This document shows, in pieces, positions 1 through 8,617 of a stretch of DNA of 24,138 nt. The translations under genes and the position numbers were made by a program. The number at the start of each line of letters is the position of its first letter. Positions within the stretch are counted from its first letter, which is position 1. Source of the stretch: a virus (lineage: Duplodnaviria > Caudoviricetes); the IMG/VR virus record IMGVR_UViG_3300025277_000150, positions 1 through 24,138 of that record; one strand, written 5' to 3'. The notes beneath the pieces are model-generated. The model searched no databases. It was not told where the DNA came from and saw nothing but the letters and a program-made list of their open reading frames with translations.

Positions 1-3000
1 ACTATAGGTTCTGCTGAACACATCGCTAAACAAATAGAGTTTGATAATGCTGCTAAAAAAGAAGGAGAAATATCTCAAAGAATAAGTGATAATGAATATA
101 ATAATCTTTTTGGACAATCAAGAAGAGAAGTAGCAGATAATAAAGTTGAATTAGCTAGAAGGTTTGGTGACGAACAAGTAGTTGATTATATGTTGGGTGA
201 TGAAGCTAATGGGTTTGTTATGAAACAACAACAATACAACGCAGGTAAGCTAAGAGAGATAATGACTTCTAGTAAACAAGAAGATATTACATTAGCTAAA
301 ACATTCCTAGCTTTGTCTTTTGAAAATATGATTAAAAAGCGTGGAGACTATGTAAGAGAAAACGCAGAACGATGGTTATCTATGTTTCCTCATATATACA
401 TGAGATTAAACAGATTGGCAACAGGTGGTCTTGCTGGTCTTAATACTACTCAATCAGATCAAACATATTTAAATACCATTATTCCTATTGTTATCTTAAG
501 TAATCTAGTTGTACCCGGACTTGAAAATGTTTCTGGTAATGTACAAAATACAAAGGGATGGGATAGTTTGGATGATAGGCGAAACGAGTTGTTTGATATA
601 GAAGAAGCAGCTAGAGAGTATGATAAAGAATTTGTTAAGAATACTGTTGATGGTAAGACTATGACAGAAGTACAATTTGATCAAATAAAAGAACTATCTC
701 TTTCTTTAATCAATGATCCATCTAGTGTCTCTTCCAGCCATCCTTTTTATGATTTAGCTAGAGAATATTCTAAGACATCTGAACAACTCATACAAAGAGC
801 TACTGATTATCTTGTTAATGCCCGTGTATTACAAGAAAGACATTTAGAAAAACCAGAGCATAGACTTATGCTATCTTTAAACAAAACAAAAATAGGAGAT
901 CTTATATCTAAGAATCCAGATGTTATTACTCAAGCTAAGGATGAAATAAGAAGACAAGTTTTAGAAAATCTGTCTTTAACAGATACTTCATCTATTGTAG
1001 ATCCTGTTTCTCTATATGCTTCTGGTATTCTACCTGACATAACATCAAGTGAAGTTAATCTTACTTTTATTAGAGGTTGGGATGATATGCCTTTGGTTAT
1101 CAGAAATAAGATTGATCAAGAAATTAAAAACGATCCTTCATTAATGACAATAACTGAATGGGATAGTGACATGCTTATGCTTGATACTAATCCTAGCTCT
1201 GAAGCTAAAGCTAGATTAAAGATATATAAAATTCGGAAACAAAAGGTTGAAGCATTATATAAGAAAGCAGATTACGGTGCTACTACTTTATCAGATATTA
1301 TAGGATCTGGTACTTCTGCTGGAGAAGCAGCTTCTATCATATCACAATATAATTCTTCATTAGAAGCACACAATACTTCTTTAGTAGATAAGTTTAGAGC
1401 ACATTCTGGAAGTTATCTGGCAACTATGATTCTTAGTGGAAATGGTTTAGCGAGAGATTCTGGTACTCATATGTTATTTACAAGTAAGGAAGCCAATAGT
1501 GTTGTTGGATTTAAATCATATCTTCTTATGAATAGAATTGGTTCTACTGCTTTTATTCCCCATTCAATTGTTGGAATACCTAAGTCTTATGAATTAATGA
1601 CAAACGATAAAACAAAGATGTTGTTTAATACCGATGTAGGTAGTATATCACGGGCTCTTACAAGAGGACCGGGATGGAATGCTGGAACAATTCTAGTAAT
1701 GAAGGAATTTACTAATTCAAATATAAACTTTTCTGACTTTCTGGATATGTTTAGAAATGTTATTGATAACTCGCCTGATTTAGATAGTATTAATGTTATA
1801 GATCAGTCTGTTCTAAACCTTAGTACAAAAATGAGAACTGATCTTAAAAGCAAGATATTAGATGATATTGAAACTCTAAGAAGAAAGATGCAGATTACTG
1901 GTGGTATTGCACTTAGACAATATAATAGATGGAATAGTGCAATTGATACTGCAAATGATTTTACTTCTACTTTGTTAGGACCAAACCTAACAGTAGCTAC
2001 GCTAACTGTTGAAGGTATGATGAATACTACCTCTCTTATGTTTGGCGGTCCTCAAGGATTAAAGAACTTTGCAACTGCTGTGATTGATTCTATAGCATTT
2101 GCTTCTTCTGGTAGTACTAAAAAAGGACGTAGCCAAATGCGTCAGCTTGCTAGAGAAATGGGATGGTATGCAAAACATAAGAGACATAGTATGTTTGAAG
2201 TACACCGTTCTGTTCTTTATGGCGATGAACTCCATGATGATGAAGTAGGTGGGCTTAAAAGATATCTTAGAAGAACTAAAACTTATTCTAATAGTGTAAA
2301 CGGTGGTATTAATATTGCTCTTAGAAGTCAATCTACTATGTCCTATAGAAAATGGTTTGCAGAAATTCTTGGAAATGATAAGCTTAAAGAATTAATTATT
2401 AAAGTAAATGATGCTAAAGAAAAAGGTGAGTTTAAAACTAGAGCAGATATTAAGAGGGTAGTAAAAGAAGTACTAGGTTCTTCTCATGGAAGAACTGAAG
2501 CTGTTTATCAAATGGCTAAAGCTGGTCTTTTAGATCTTGATATTCTACCTGATATTAAAACTCTTATTGATGAATCTGATGTTGTATATGGTGTACATAC
2601 TTATGGTGGTAGAATGAGAAACTACATAAGCGAAAAGACAGATACAGCAGAAAGAACAAGACTTAATGAGGTATTGCGGAAAATGAAGAATTGGGAAAAT
2701 ATCGTAGTACATATGAATATTGTTGATCCTAATGCTATGGATATTGATACAACGGATGTTCCTTTGTTTAGATGGTTAAGGCATTATAAGTCTTATCCAA
2801 ATATCTTTGCTGCTCAAAGAGTTTTTAGAGATTCGTCTAAATATAGTTTACCAGCCTTTGTAGCTCGTATGTTCCGTTTCATGCTTCAGGAAATGATATA
2901 TGCTATTATCACTATGCTAGCCGCCGGAATGTCAGCAGCTGTCTTAAAAGAAAGGTTTGAGAAAAACCCAATTAGTGAGATGACTGCACTCTTGCAAAGA

Positions 3001-3699
3001 AGTCCTATGTTAGGATACTGGGGAGAATTCATTGCTTCTACAGTAAGAACTATGCTATCAGCAGCCTCTGGAAAACTAGACGCTACTCCTTTGGCTAGAA
3101 CTTTACTACCTGTAGGTGGTTCTCTTATGAGATCTCAATCTCAATCTTTGGTCAATGCTATTAGAGGTAATACTGATGGAGGAGACTGGGCAAACTATGC
3201 TCGTATGTTAACTCTAGCTCCTGTCCCAGTCCTTGGACAAATTGCAGGTAATCCATTTACTAGGATAGCTGTAAGTAGAACAATGGGTAAAGAGAAGTCA
3301 GCCAATAGTATGAGACAGAAGATGGGGGACAGACTTGGGAAACCTAATGGTCGAGACAGCTTAAGAAATGGATTAGGTACGACCGTGGAACCCTCGGACT
3401 CAAGTCTATCCTCAAGAAATGTCTTCTTTACACCTGAGGAAAAGAACCTAAGTAATATCATGAAAGAACTATATCCAGATGCTATGAATTCACCATATGT
3501 TACAGATGTTGGTGTTTCTATAGATCCTGATGATATTAAAACTCCAGAAGCATCTCAAGTTATTCCTCAGTTACCTCCAAGAGATACTCCAGAGCCTAAG
3601 AGCAGTCGTGTCGATATTGCTAGTAAGAAACCTGACCCGATCCAAGCTATTTCAGAGTCTTCAAAACCTATGGAGATACCTCCAGAATTAATTGAATAA
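1..3699 (+). CDS. Large protein, 5'-truncated by the window (over 1230 aa); probable internal virion/ejection protein
   Basis: Frame 1 is open from base 1 through the ATG at 190 to TAA at 3697-3699. The protein is very large and predicted mostly helical, with hydrophobic segments and a Pro-rich tail near the C-terminus, and it lies just before the putative genome end. No diagnostic motif; the function is inferred from size and position. Confidence 0.45.
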   Translation, partial: TIGSAEHIAKQIEFDNAAKKEGEISQRISDNEYNNLFGQSRREVADNKVELARRFGDEQVVDYMLGDEANGFVMKQQQYNAGKLREIMTSSKQEDITLAKTFLALSFENMIKKRGDYVRENAERWLSMFPHIYMRLNRLATGGLAGLNTTQSDQTYLNTIIPIVILSNLVVPGLENVSGNVQNTKGWDSLDDRRNELFDIEEAAREYDKEFVKNTVDGKTMTEVQFDQIKELSLSLINDPSSVSSSHPFYDLAREYSKTSEQLIQRATDYLVNARVLQERHLEKPEHRLMLSLNKTKIGDLISKNPDVITQAKDEIRRQVLENLSLTDTSSIVDPVSLYASGILPDITSSEVNLTFIRGWDDMPLVIRNKIDQEIKNDPSLMTITEWDSDMLMLDTNPSSEAKARLKIYKIRKQKVEALYKKADYGATTLSDIIGSGTSAGEAASIISQYNSSLEAHNTSLVDKFRAHSGSYLATMILSGNGLARDSGTHMLFTSKEANSVVGFKSYLLMNRIGSTAFIPHSIVGIPKSYELMTNDKTKMLFNTDVGSISRALTRGPGWNAGTILVMKEFTNSNINFSDFLDMFRNVIDNSPDLDSINVIDQSVLNLSTKMRTDLKSKILDDIETLRRKMQITGGIALRQYNRWNSAIDTANDFTSTLLGPNLTVATLTVEGMMNTTSLMFGGPQGLKNFATAVIDSIAFASSGSTKKGRSQMRQLAREMGWYAKHKRHSMFEVHRSVLYGDELHDDEVGGLKRYLRRTKTYSNSVNGGINIALRSQSTMSYRKWFAEILGNDKLKELIIKVNDAKEKGEFKTRADIKRVVKEVLGSSHGRTEAVYQMAKAGLLDLDILPDIKTLIDESDVVYGVHTYGGRMRNYISEKTDTAERTRLNEVLRKMKNWENIVVHMNIVDPNAMDIDTTDVPLFRWLRHYKSYPNIFAAQRVFRDSSKYSLPAFVARMFRFMLQEMIYAIITMLAAGMSAAVLKERFEKNPISEMTALLQRSPMLGYWGEFIASTVRTMLSAASGKLDATPLARTLLPVGGSLMRSQSQSLVNAIRGNTDGGDWANYARMLTLAPVPVLGQIAGNPFTRIAVSRTMGKEKSANSMRQKMGDRLGKPNGRDSLRNGLGTTVEPSDSSLSSRNVFFTPEEKNLSNIMKELYPDAMNSPYVTDVGVSIDPDDIKTPEASQVIPQLPPRDTPEPKSSRVDIASKKPDPIQAISESSKPMEIPPELIE

Positions 3700-3713
3700 T
3701 TGGGTAAAGGAGA
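3694..3713 (+). promoter_or_regulatory. Putative phage RNAP promoter, variant B (GAATAATTGGGTAAAGGAGA)
   Basis: Exact 20-bp match to 24070-24089. Shares the core TTGGGTAA.GGAG with 12992 and 16789. Ends in a T7-like GGAGA. Confidence 0.65.
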
Positions 3714-3720
3714 GGGGGGA

Positions 3721-3817
3721 CCTAGGGACCTAGGTTTATATTATATATATAATATATAACTAGGGTAAACTAAGGACCTAGGAAATCGACTAGGGGTCAC
3801 GAATACACAGCTAGGGA
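3721..3817. repeat. CTAGG short-repeat cluster around an AT-only tract; candidate terminus/packaging/origin region
   Basis: CTAGG at 3722, 3730, 3760, 3778, 3790 and 3811, and CTAAGG at 3770. A/T-only tract at 3735-3759. Confidence 0.6.
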
Positions 3818-3899
3818 GAGATTATAAGAGGACTTTCTTTTCCCCCCGTACCCCCCTTAATTCTTTCGCTATAAAAAGCGATGGGGTACCGAGTGCTAA

Positions 3900-4214
3900 T
3901 TGAAACTAGCCTACTGCCCGTGGAAGGGCTTGCAGGTGGCTGGTGCTCATTATATCCTACCGGATATGGTGGGCATTATGGATAATCCTATTATCCAGAC
4001 CTTGCGAGGCATGGTCAAGATAGGAGCATCGTTGTTCCTAATTTGGCTCATGCTTCAAGCAGCTTATGAAAGTATGTCTATGCTTTCACAAGCGGTGGAT
4101 AGTTATGGTGTGGACTTCGCTTACAACGATCACCTCCTTTGGGCGGCGATTTCGTTTGGCGCAGCTTCAATCATAATCTCCATCATGTTTGTTCGCTCCC
4201 TTTATAGGGACTGA
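3900..4214 (+). CDS. Small hypothetical membrane protein (2 predicted TM segments); start uncertain, possibly a downstream ATG
   Basis: Hydrophobic stretches IGASLFLIWLMLQAAY and LLWAAISFGAASIIISIMFV. Confidence 0.5.
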   Translation: MKLAYCPWKGLQVAGAHYILPDMVGIMDNPIIQTLRGMVKIGASLFLIWLMLQAAYESMSMLSQAVDSYGVDFAYNDHLLWAAISFGAASIIISIMFVRSLYRD

Positions 4215-4448
4215 ACAGCATCTGCTGCATGATCCATTGGAGGTTGGTCTGCCAATGGCGGGGTTGTTGAACCCGATACCTTGTCACTCAAGGGGTTCAC
4301 TGTGGCTCATTCACATCTGATGAGGAGTGTCGTTGCTCTCCAGCGACAATCTCTAGGACACTTAGATCCTAAGCATCTACCTGATGATCATTTCGATAAG
4401 AGATAATTCTTATACCCTGAGCTAGCTAGGGTTGTACAGCTAGCAATC

Positions 4449-4817
4449 ATGTTTCCTTTGAAAGGACATGCCATGTCAAATCCAAATCTGTTCAAGCGTT
4501 TGCTTGGGCGCGTTTGGAAAAGTACTGTTGCCGAGCAACAGCCTCATAATGAGTCAGAGGTGAAAGACTCTAGTTTCGACCAACTAAAAGATACTCGTGA
4601 CGTTTGTAGGTTTGATACCTATGACCCAGATCGATCTATTCTTGTTAGTCGGCTTAAGAATTCTATCTTCATCTGGGAAATGCGCAACGGAGCAATCAAC
4701 CGTAGACGCATAAGTTCCAGACTTACATTAGAATTAGATCTATTTGCTAGATCTCCTAAAAATTCTATTAGTAAGGAAGAGCTCGTTGACATGGTTCGTA
4801 AAGAACTTGTTGACTAA
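4449..4817 (+). CDS. Hypothetical early protein; likely start at the MSNPN ATG
   Basis: 122-aa ORF with AAAGGA before the internal ATG, followed by a terminator-like hairpin. Confidence 0.6.
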   Translation: MFPLKGHAMSNPNLFKRLLGRVWKSTVAEQQPHNESEVKDSSFDQLKDTRDVCRFDTYDPDRSILVSRLKNSIFIWEMRNGAINRRRISSRLTLELDLFARSPKNSISKEELVDMVRKELVD

Positions 4818-4827
4818 GAGTGAACCT

Positions 4828-4861
4828 ATGGCACTACAGGCTACCGCTTGTAGTGTCATTT
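4828..4861 (+). terminator. Hairpin (terminator or processing site) after ORF 4449-4817
   Basis: ATGGCACTACAGGC-TACC-GCTTGTAGTGTCAT: 14-bp stem with 2 G-U pairs and a short T run. Confidence 0.5.
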
Positions 4862-4921
4862 GCCCTAGGTTAGTCGGGGCTGCAAAGTGACTAACTGAGT
4901 TCTTCCATAGGAGGCACTGCG

Positions 4922-5125
4922 ATAGCAGAACCTACTAAGAAGTCCGAAGCTATTGAGCGTTTGTTTCGTGAACTCAATGGTGGCGTGGACAGGCGTACTA
5001 TGATCGACTCCGATCTGTGTGCGGTCTGTGCTCAGCCAGCTACTGAGTTCAGCGACGCGCTCAGCCGCAAGGAATACACCATCTCTGGTATGTGTCAAGC
5101 ATGCCAAGATAGTGTGTTCCGCTAG
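4922..5125 (+). CDS. Small CxxC...CxxC zinc-finger protein (67 aa), not in the ORF track
   Basis: Reads AEPTKKSEAIERLFRELNGGVDRRTMIDSDLCAVCAQPATEFSDALSRKEYTISGMCQACQDSVFR*. AGGAGG at 4909-4914 precedes an ATA codon at 4922. Alternative starts are TTG 4961 and ATG 5000. Confidence 0.65.
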   Translation: MAEPTKKSEAIERLFRELNGGVDRRTMIDSDLCAVCAQPATEFSDALSRKEYTISGMCQACQDSVFR

Positions 5126-5445
5126 CGGTTAGCGTCGGAACAACGTCCCTCCGCCTGAGGTTTCGCCCTAGGGAGGGGCTTCATACCTGTGCTCTTCTCT
5201 ATGGAGAGCACGGGTATGAGGTACACGTTGTATCTCGTTCGACCTAAGCATGTCGTTAAAGGGCTTATGCTGATTCTTCCAAGGAAGAGTAGACTCAGGA
5301 GACGAGTCCGACTGAGGGCGTGATTCTCAAGGGGTTTTTAAACCGACAGGTTTTTGATCCTATTGCACTTGTTGTGCATTCCTTTACTCTCTGGGATAAA
5401 GAGAGGAACCCTTTACTACTTTCGAGTAGTATAAAGGAGATAATT

Positions 5446-7239
5446 ATGAAGAAATTCATAGTTATGCTTGAGGCTCTGCCCAAGCGTTATCGGGAACCTC
5501 TGGTCGCCTTCGGGTTGACTAAGTTCATCACCCTTCGTATGCAGCTACGTAGGGACAACCGCAGTATCCATCAGATCATTGATCAGATGCGAGAACAGGT
5601 TGGTCTGTCTAACTTTGGTTACTCTTTGAGTCTTGATGACTTGAAGAAGGCCGAGTTGGCGATTTGCGCTGGTGATGCCGTACTTCCTTCGACTGATCGT
5701 ATGGAGGGGTACGTTTTGGAATCACCGCACGTAGTTGGTCGGGACGATTCAAGGCGATCCGTCATGAGTCGTAACGGTAATGCTCAAGTTCCTAAGCGTG
5801 TGACGAACGCACTTAACTATCTCGGTAGTGTGGGTTTTGATATCCACCCTGAGATGGAGCACCTTCTTCTGGATAATAAGGAGAAGTGGTTGTGCGATCA
5901 GACCAAGCCGTTGTATCTTGAGCTGGAGCGAATTGAGGATTGGGATAAGTTCTTCCTAACCTCCTACCTCGATTGGAGAGGTCGCTTCTACGCAGGTTCT
6001 GGTATCCTGTCTTATCAAGGAGATGCCACTAATCGTGGGTTGGTCTGCTTTGCAGATCCATCTCCTTTCTCCGATAAGCAATGGGATTCCATTCGTACTT
6101 TCCTTCGTGGAGAGTATGGTGTCGCTCCCGATGTTCTCTCGTTTGCTTCTGAGGACTATACTCTTAAGCAACAGGCAGGATGGCTAGCACAAACAGATCG
6201 CACATTTGCCGAGCGATATATTGTGCAGCTCGATACCCACAGTTCTGGTCCACTTATGGTGGCTCTCATGATGAGAGACGAGCGTTTGTTGCGTGTCATC
6301 CTAACTTCAGACTTTTATATGGCGTTCCTTAAGCCGTATATGGAGTCTGGCACATCTTGGGCCAAGAGGCTGAGTGCTATATCTGAGGACGAAACTAGAG
6401 ATCAGGTTGCTAAGCCCTGTGGTATTAACACCATGTATGGGACAGCGGCTGATGCTCTGGCATATTCGTATGCAGGATTGACAATCAACGGTGTTACGCC
6501 TGAGATGTCTATCCTTGATTCTGGCAGCAAAAGTGATCCTAAGCCCGGTTTGGTGTCACTCCTTGAAACTGGAGTGGTTCTTGAATCGAATCTATCTTGG
6601 GAGATCCAACCCTGTCTTCGTCCTTACTTGATGAGTCTGTCCGTTTCTGAACGGTTACGACAGCTCTGCTACCTCGCAAGAGATATGCAGAACGCACTCT
6701 TCAGTGAGTTTCCCTCCATTAGGGTTTATCTCAACACACTCTCTGGTGCTGCTAATAGCTGGTGGAAGAATACGCAAACTTCTTTCAGTTTCCAGCACCC
6801 TCTTGATAAGAATATCATCATCAAGCCTTTCCCGCACAAGCGTACTGATGTGCCTGTAAAGGATTATATTGATATTCGTGTCCTTTCCAAACGGCTCCGT
6901 AGGAACTTGTGTCCAATGGAGTTTGGTCGAGGTCGAGTCTCTGCGTGTGCGCCTTGCTTCACACACATGATTGATGCCGTGATCGTGACCCTTGTGGTTA
7001 ACGAGTGCGAGCGAATGGATATTCCTATCGCTCCTATACACGACTCCTTCGGTGTGCCGATAGCTTATGTTGATGTTGTTAAAGACATCTTCAAGCAAGT
7101 CGTGATCTGGATGTTCACTGAGAATGATTATCTAGGTGACTTCTGCAAGGCTCATGACAAGACCCTCCCTGAGCGGTCTAGTCTTTCCGAGTTTGACATT
7201 GAAAGTCTGCTCGATGAGCTTCCATCCTGTATAGGGTGA
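5446..7239 (+). CDS. Divergent, compact single-subunit (T7-family) DNA-dependent RNA polymerase, RNAP-1 (about 597 aa)
   Basis: Motifs LDWRGRFY..LSYQG, motif A VQLDTHSSG, motif B R....KPCGINTMYG (Kx7YG), APCFTHMIDA and motif C IHDSFG, all in the T7 order. Start placed at ATG 5446 behind AAGGAG. Confidence 0.88.
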   Translation: MKKFIVMLEALPKRYREPLVAFGLTKFITLRMQLRRDNRSIHQIIDQMREQVGLSNFGYSLSLDDLKKAELAICAGDAVLPSTDRMEGYVLESPHVVGRDDSRRSVMSRNGNAQVPKRVTNALNYLGSVGFDIHPEMEHLLLDNKEKWLCDQTKPLYLELERIEDWDKFFLTSYLDWRGRFYAGSGILSYQGDATNRGLVCFADPSPFSDKQWDSIRTFLRGEYGVAPDVLSFASEDYTLKQQAGWLAQTDRTFAERYIVQLDTHSSGPLMVALMMRDERLLRVILTSDFYMAFLKPYMESGTSWAKRLSAISEDETRDQVAKPCGINTMYGTAADALAYSYAGLTINGVTPEMSILDSGSKSDPKPGLVSLLETGVVLESNLSWEIQPCLRPYLMSLSVSERLRQLCYLARDMQNALFSEFPSIRVYLNTLSGAANSWWKNTQTSFSFQHPLDKNIIIKPFPHKRTDVPVKDYIDIRVLSKRLRRNLCPMEFGRGRVSACAPCFTHMIDAVIVTLVVNECERMDIPIAPIHDSFGVPIAYVDVVKDIFKQVVIWMFTENDYLGDFCKAHDKTLPERSSLSEFDIESLLDELPSCIG

Positions 7240-7244
7240 AGCCC

Positions 7245-7280
7245 AGCCCTCTCTACCTTAGCGGGTAGGGAGGTGCTTTT
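7245..7280 (+). terminator. Rho-independent terminator-like hairpin after RNAP-1
   Basis: CCTCTCTACCT-TAGC-GGGTAGGGAGG (11 bp, 2 G-U) followed by TGCTTTT. Confidence 0.6.
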
Positions 7281-7330
7281 GCTCACAGAACGTCTGTGAG
7301 TGTCTTTGTCCCTTTTCTTAGGAGGTTGCT

Positions 7331-7777
7331 ATGAAAAGCAACAAATCAATCCTTCTTAAAAGTCAAGAAGGATATTCAATGGTGTGCTTCACTATCAAGC
7401 CATCCTCGAACATGGTAACGGTTACCAAGACGCGAAAGCCCTTGGTTACCATCCCATTGTTTGATCTGGCTAGCCGTGTGAAGGAGGAACTCTCCCTTGG
7501 TTTCAAGATTGAGGAAGTTCCGTCTAGTCTGCGGCACTTTGAGGCTGACACCATTAACTACCAGTACGATATCGAGGGTATGGTAACGATGTGGGCTAAT
7601 ATAGAAGAGATTCTATGTAATTCTCTCATATCTTCCTATACTCTTGGGGTCAAGGGTGGTGACTTTGGGTTAGCTAAGAAAGCTTTCTTTGATACTTTCA
7701 ATGCACATCACAAAGGCTCTAAGACTCTTCGTATTCGTAGTGGATTAGCTGACGCTCGCTATACGCGGATCAGTTGA
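7331..7777 (+). CDS. Hypothetical protein (148 aa) directly downstream of RNAP-1
   Basis: Strong RBS AGGAGG before ATG 7331; no motif recognised. Confidence 0.7.
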   Translation: MKSNKSILLKSQEGYSMVCFTIKPSSNMVTVTKTRKPLVTIPLFDLASRVKEELSLGFKIEEVPSSLRHFEADTINYQYDIEGMVTMWANIEEILCNSLISSYTLGVKGGDFGLAKKAFFDTFNAHHKGSKTLRIRSGLADARYTRIS

Positions 7778-7821
7778 TCTCAGGGGCTTACACCTCTTAC
7801 CAGAGGGTAGGTCCTTTCCAG

Positions 7822-8016
7822 TCTCGCCTTCGGCGGGAACAACCTTCGGTTTCAACCTTCGGTTCAACCTTCGGTTCAACCCTTCGTACTACCGGAACTT
7901 CGTACCTGATTCCCTTCGGGCTCCATTCTCCGGCCCTTCGTGCCTCTCAGGCTTCGCCTCAGGGCTTTCAGCCCCTCGGAGGTCCTTCGGACCCCCCTAG
8001 GAACGCTTCGCTTAGG
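7822..8016. repeat. Array of about 12 TTC-triloop mini-hairpin/CTTCG units (GAA loops on the minus strand), including 3 near-tandem AACCTTCGGTT
   Basis: TCTCGCC-TTC-GGCGGGA 7822; AACC-TTC-GGTT 7841, 7854, 7866; CCC-TTC-GGG 7912; AGGC-TTC-GCCT 7949; GGGCT-TTC-AGCCC 7962; GGTCC-TTC-GGACC 7981; GC-TTC-GC 8005; imperfect copies at about 7881, 7894 and 7932. Confidence 0.85.
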
Positions 8017-8286
8017 AACGATTCTCTGGTCAGGAGCGGGGACCCCCGCGTTTATGGGAACCCCTGCTTTTTTCCCATCAACCTTGCGCCGTCCACCGGA
8101 GCTGTTGGACATCCAACCATCTTTGGTAAGTCCAAGGTCAGCTCCTCGTGTACGGCTATGTGAAGCGAAGAGGGAGATGTTATGGCATATTAGTGCTAAA
8201 ATCTTAAGGAATTACTCCAAAGCGTAATGCGGCTTAAGATTGATCAGTCCACCGACGCGAGGCTGACTTAACATCTCCTCTCTTCG

Positions 8287-8342
8287 GGGATCAGCTCTCT
8301 ATTGTGGCTCGATATAGCAGGGAACAGTAGAGAGCCGATCCC
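8287..8342 (+). promoter_or_regulatory. Long hairpin, candidate RNase III-type processing site or regulatory stem
   Basis: GGGATCAGCTCTCTATTGT / ACAGTAGAGAGCCGATCCC: 19-bp stem with one G-U and one mismatch, upstream of the 8393 gene. Confidence 0.4.
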
Positions 8343-8392
8343 TGCAGAGATTTAAATTCATTTAGCTTTAACCGATCTAAGGAGGATCAATC

Positions 8393-8617
8393 ATGACTCA
8401 AATCGTCATAGAAATCTACCACCCATACTCCGTTGCTGTTCAATGCGATGGTGACTGGGACTGTTATAACTGCCTAACGGAGGCAGCTGAAGTAGCAAAG
8501 GGCTACATGATGGAGCACCCAGATGCCTCCATCGAAATCGTGAACTCATTTGCCACGAACGAGTGGCAACAACGAAAGTGGCGGCGAAGGCTCGCCAGAG
8601 AGGAAGTCATATCATGA
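8393..8617 (+). CDS. Hypothetical early protein (74 aa)
   Basis: Strong RBS TAAGGAGG; ATGA overlap with the next gene. Confidence 0.75.
   Translation: MTQIVIEIYHPYSVAVQCDGDWDCYNCLTEAAEVAKGYMMEHPDASIEIVNSFATNEWQQRKWRRRLAREEVIS

Noticed and set aside
1-3699. Large protein as an N4-like virion RNA polymerase
   Set aside because: No DxxGR, Kx7YG or HD motif set was found in the visible part; the N-terminus is outside the window.
4317-4400. Two CTGATGA motifs suggesting a hammerhead ribozyme
   Set aside because: No correctly placed GAAA after a stem II, so the catalytic core is incomplete.
7841-7886. Tandem AACCTTCGGTT(C) as a CRISPR array or UUCG tetraloop RNA
   Set aside because: Units are 12-13 bp with no spacers, and the pairing register gives 3-nt TTC loops rather than cUUCGg tetraloops.
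7774-8227. ORFs 7774-8163, 7940-8227 and 7876-8112 (minus strand)
   Set aside because: Low-complexity S/P/G/R translations with no good RBS; best explained as by-products of the GC-rich hairpin array.
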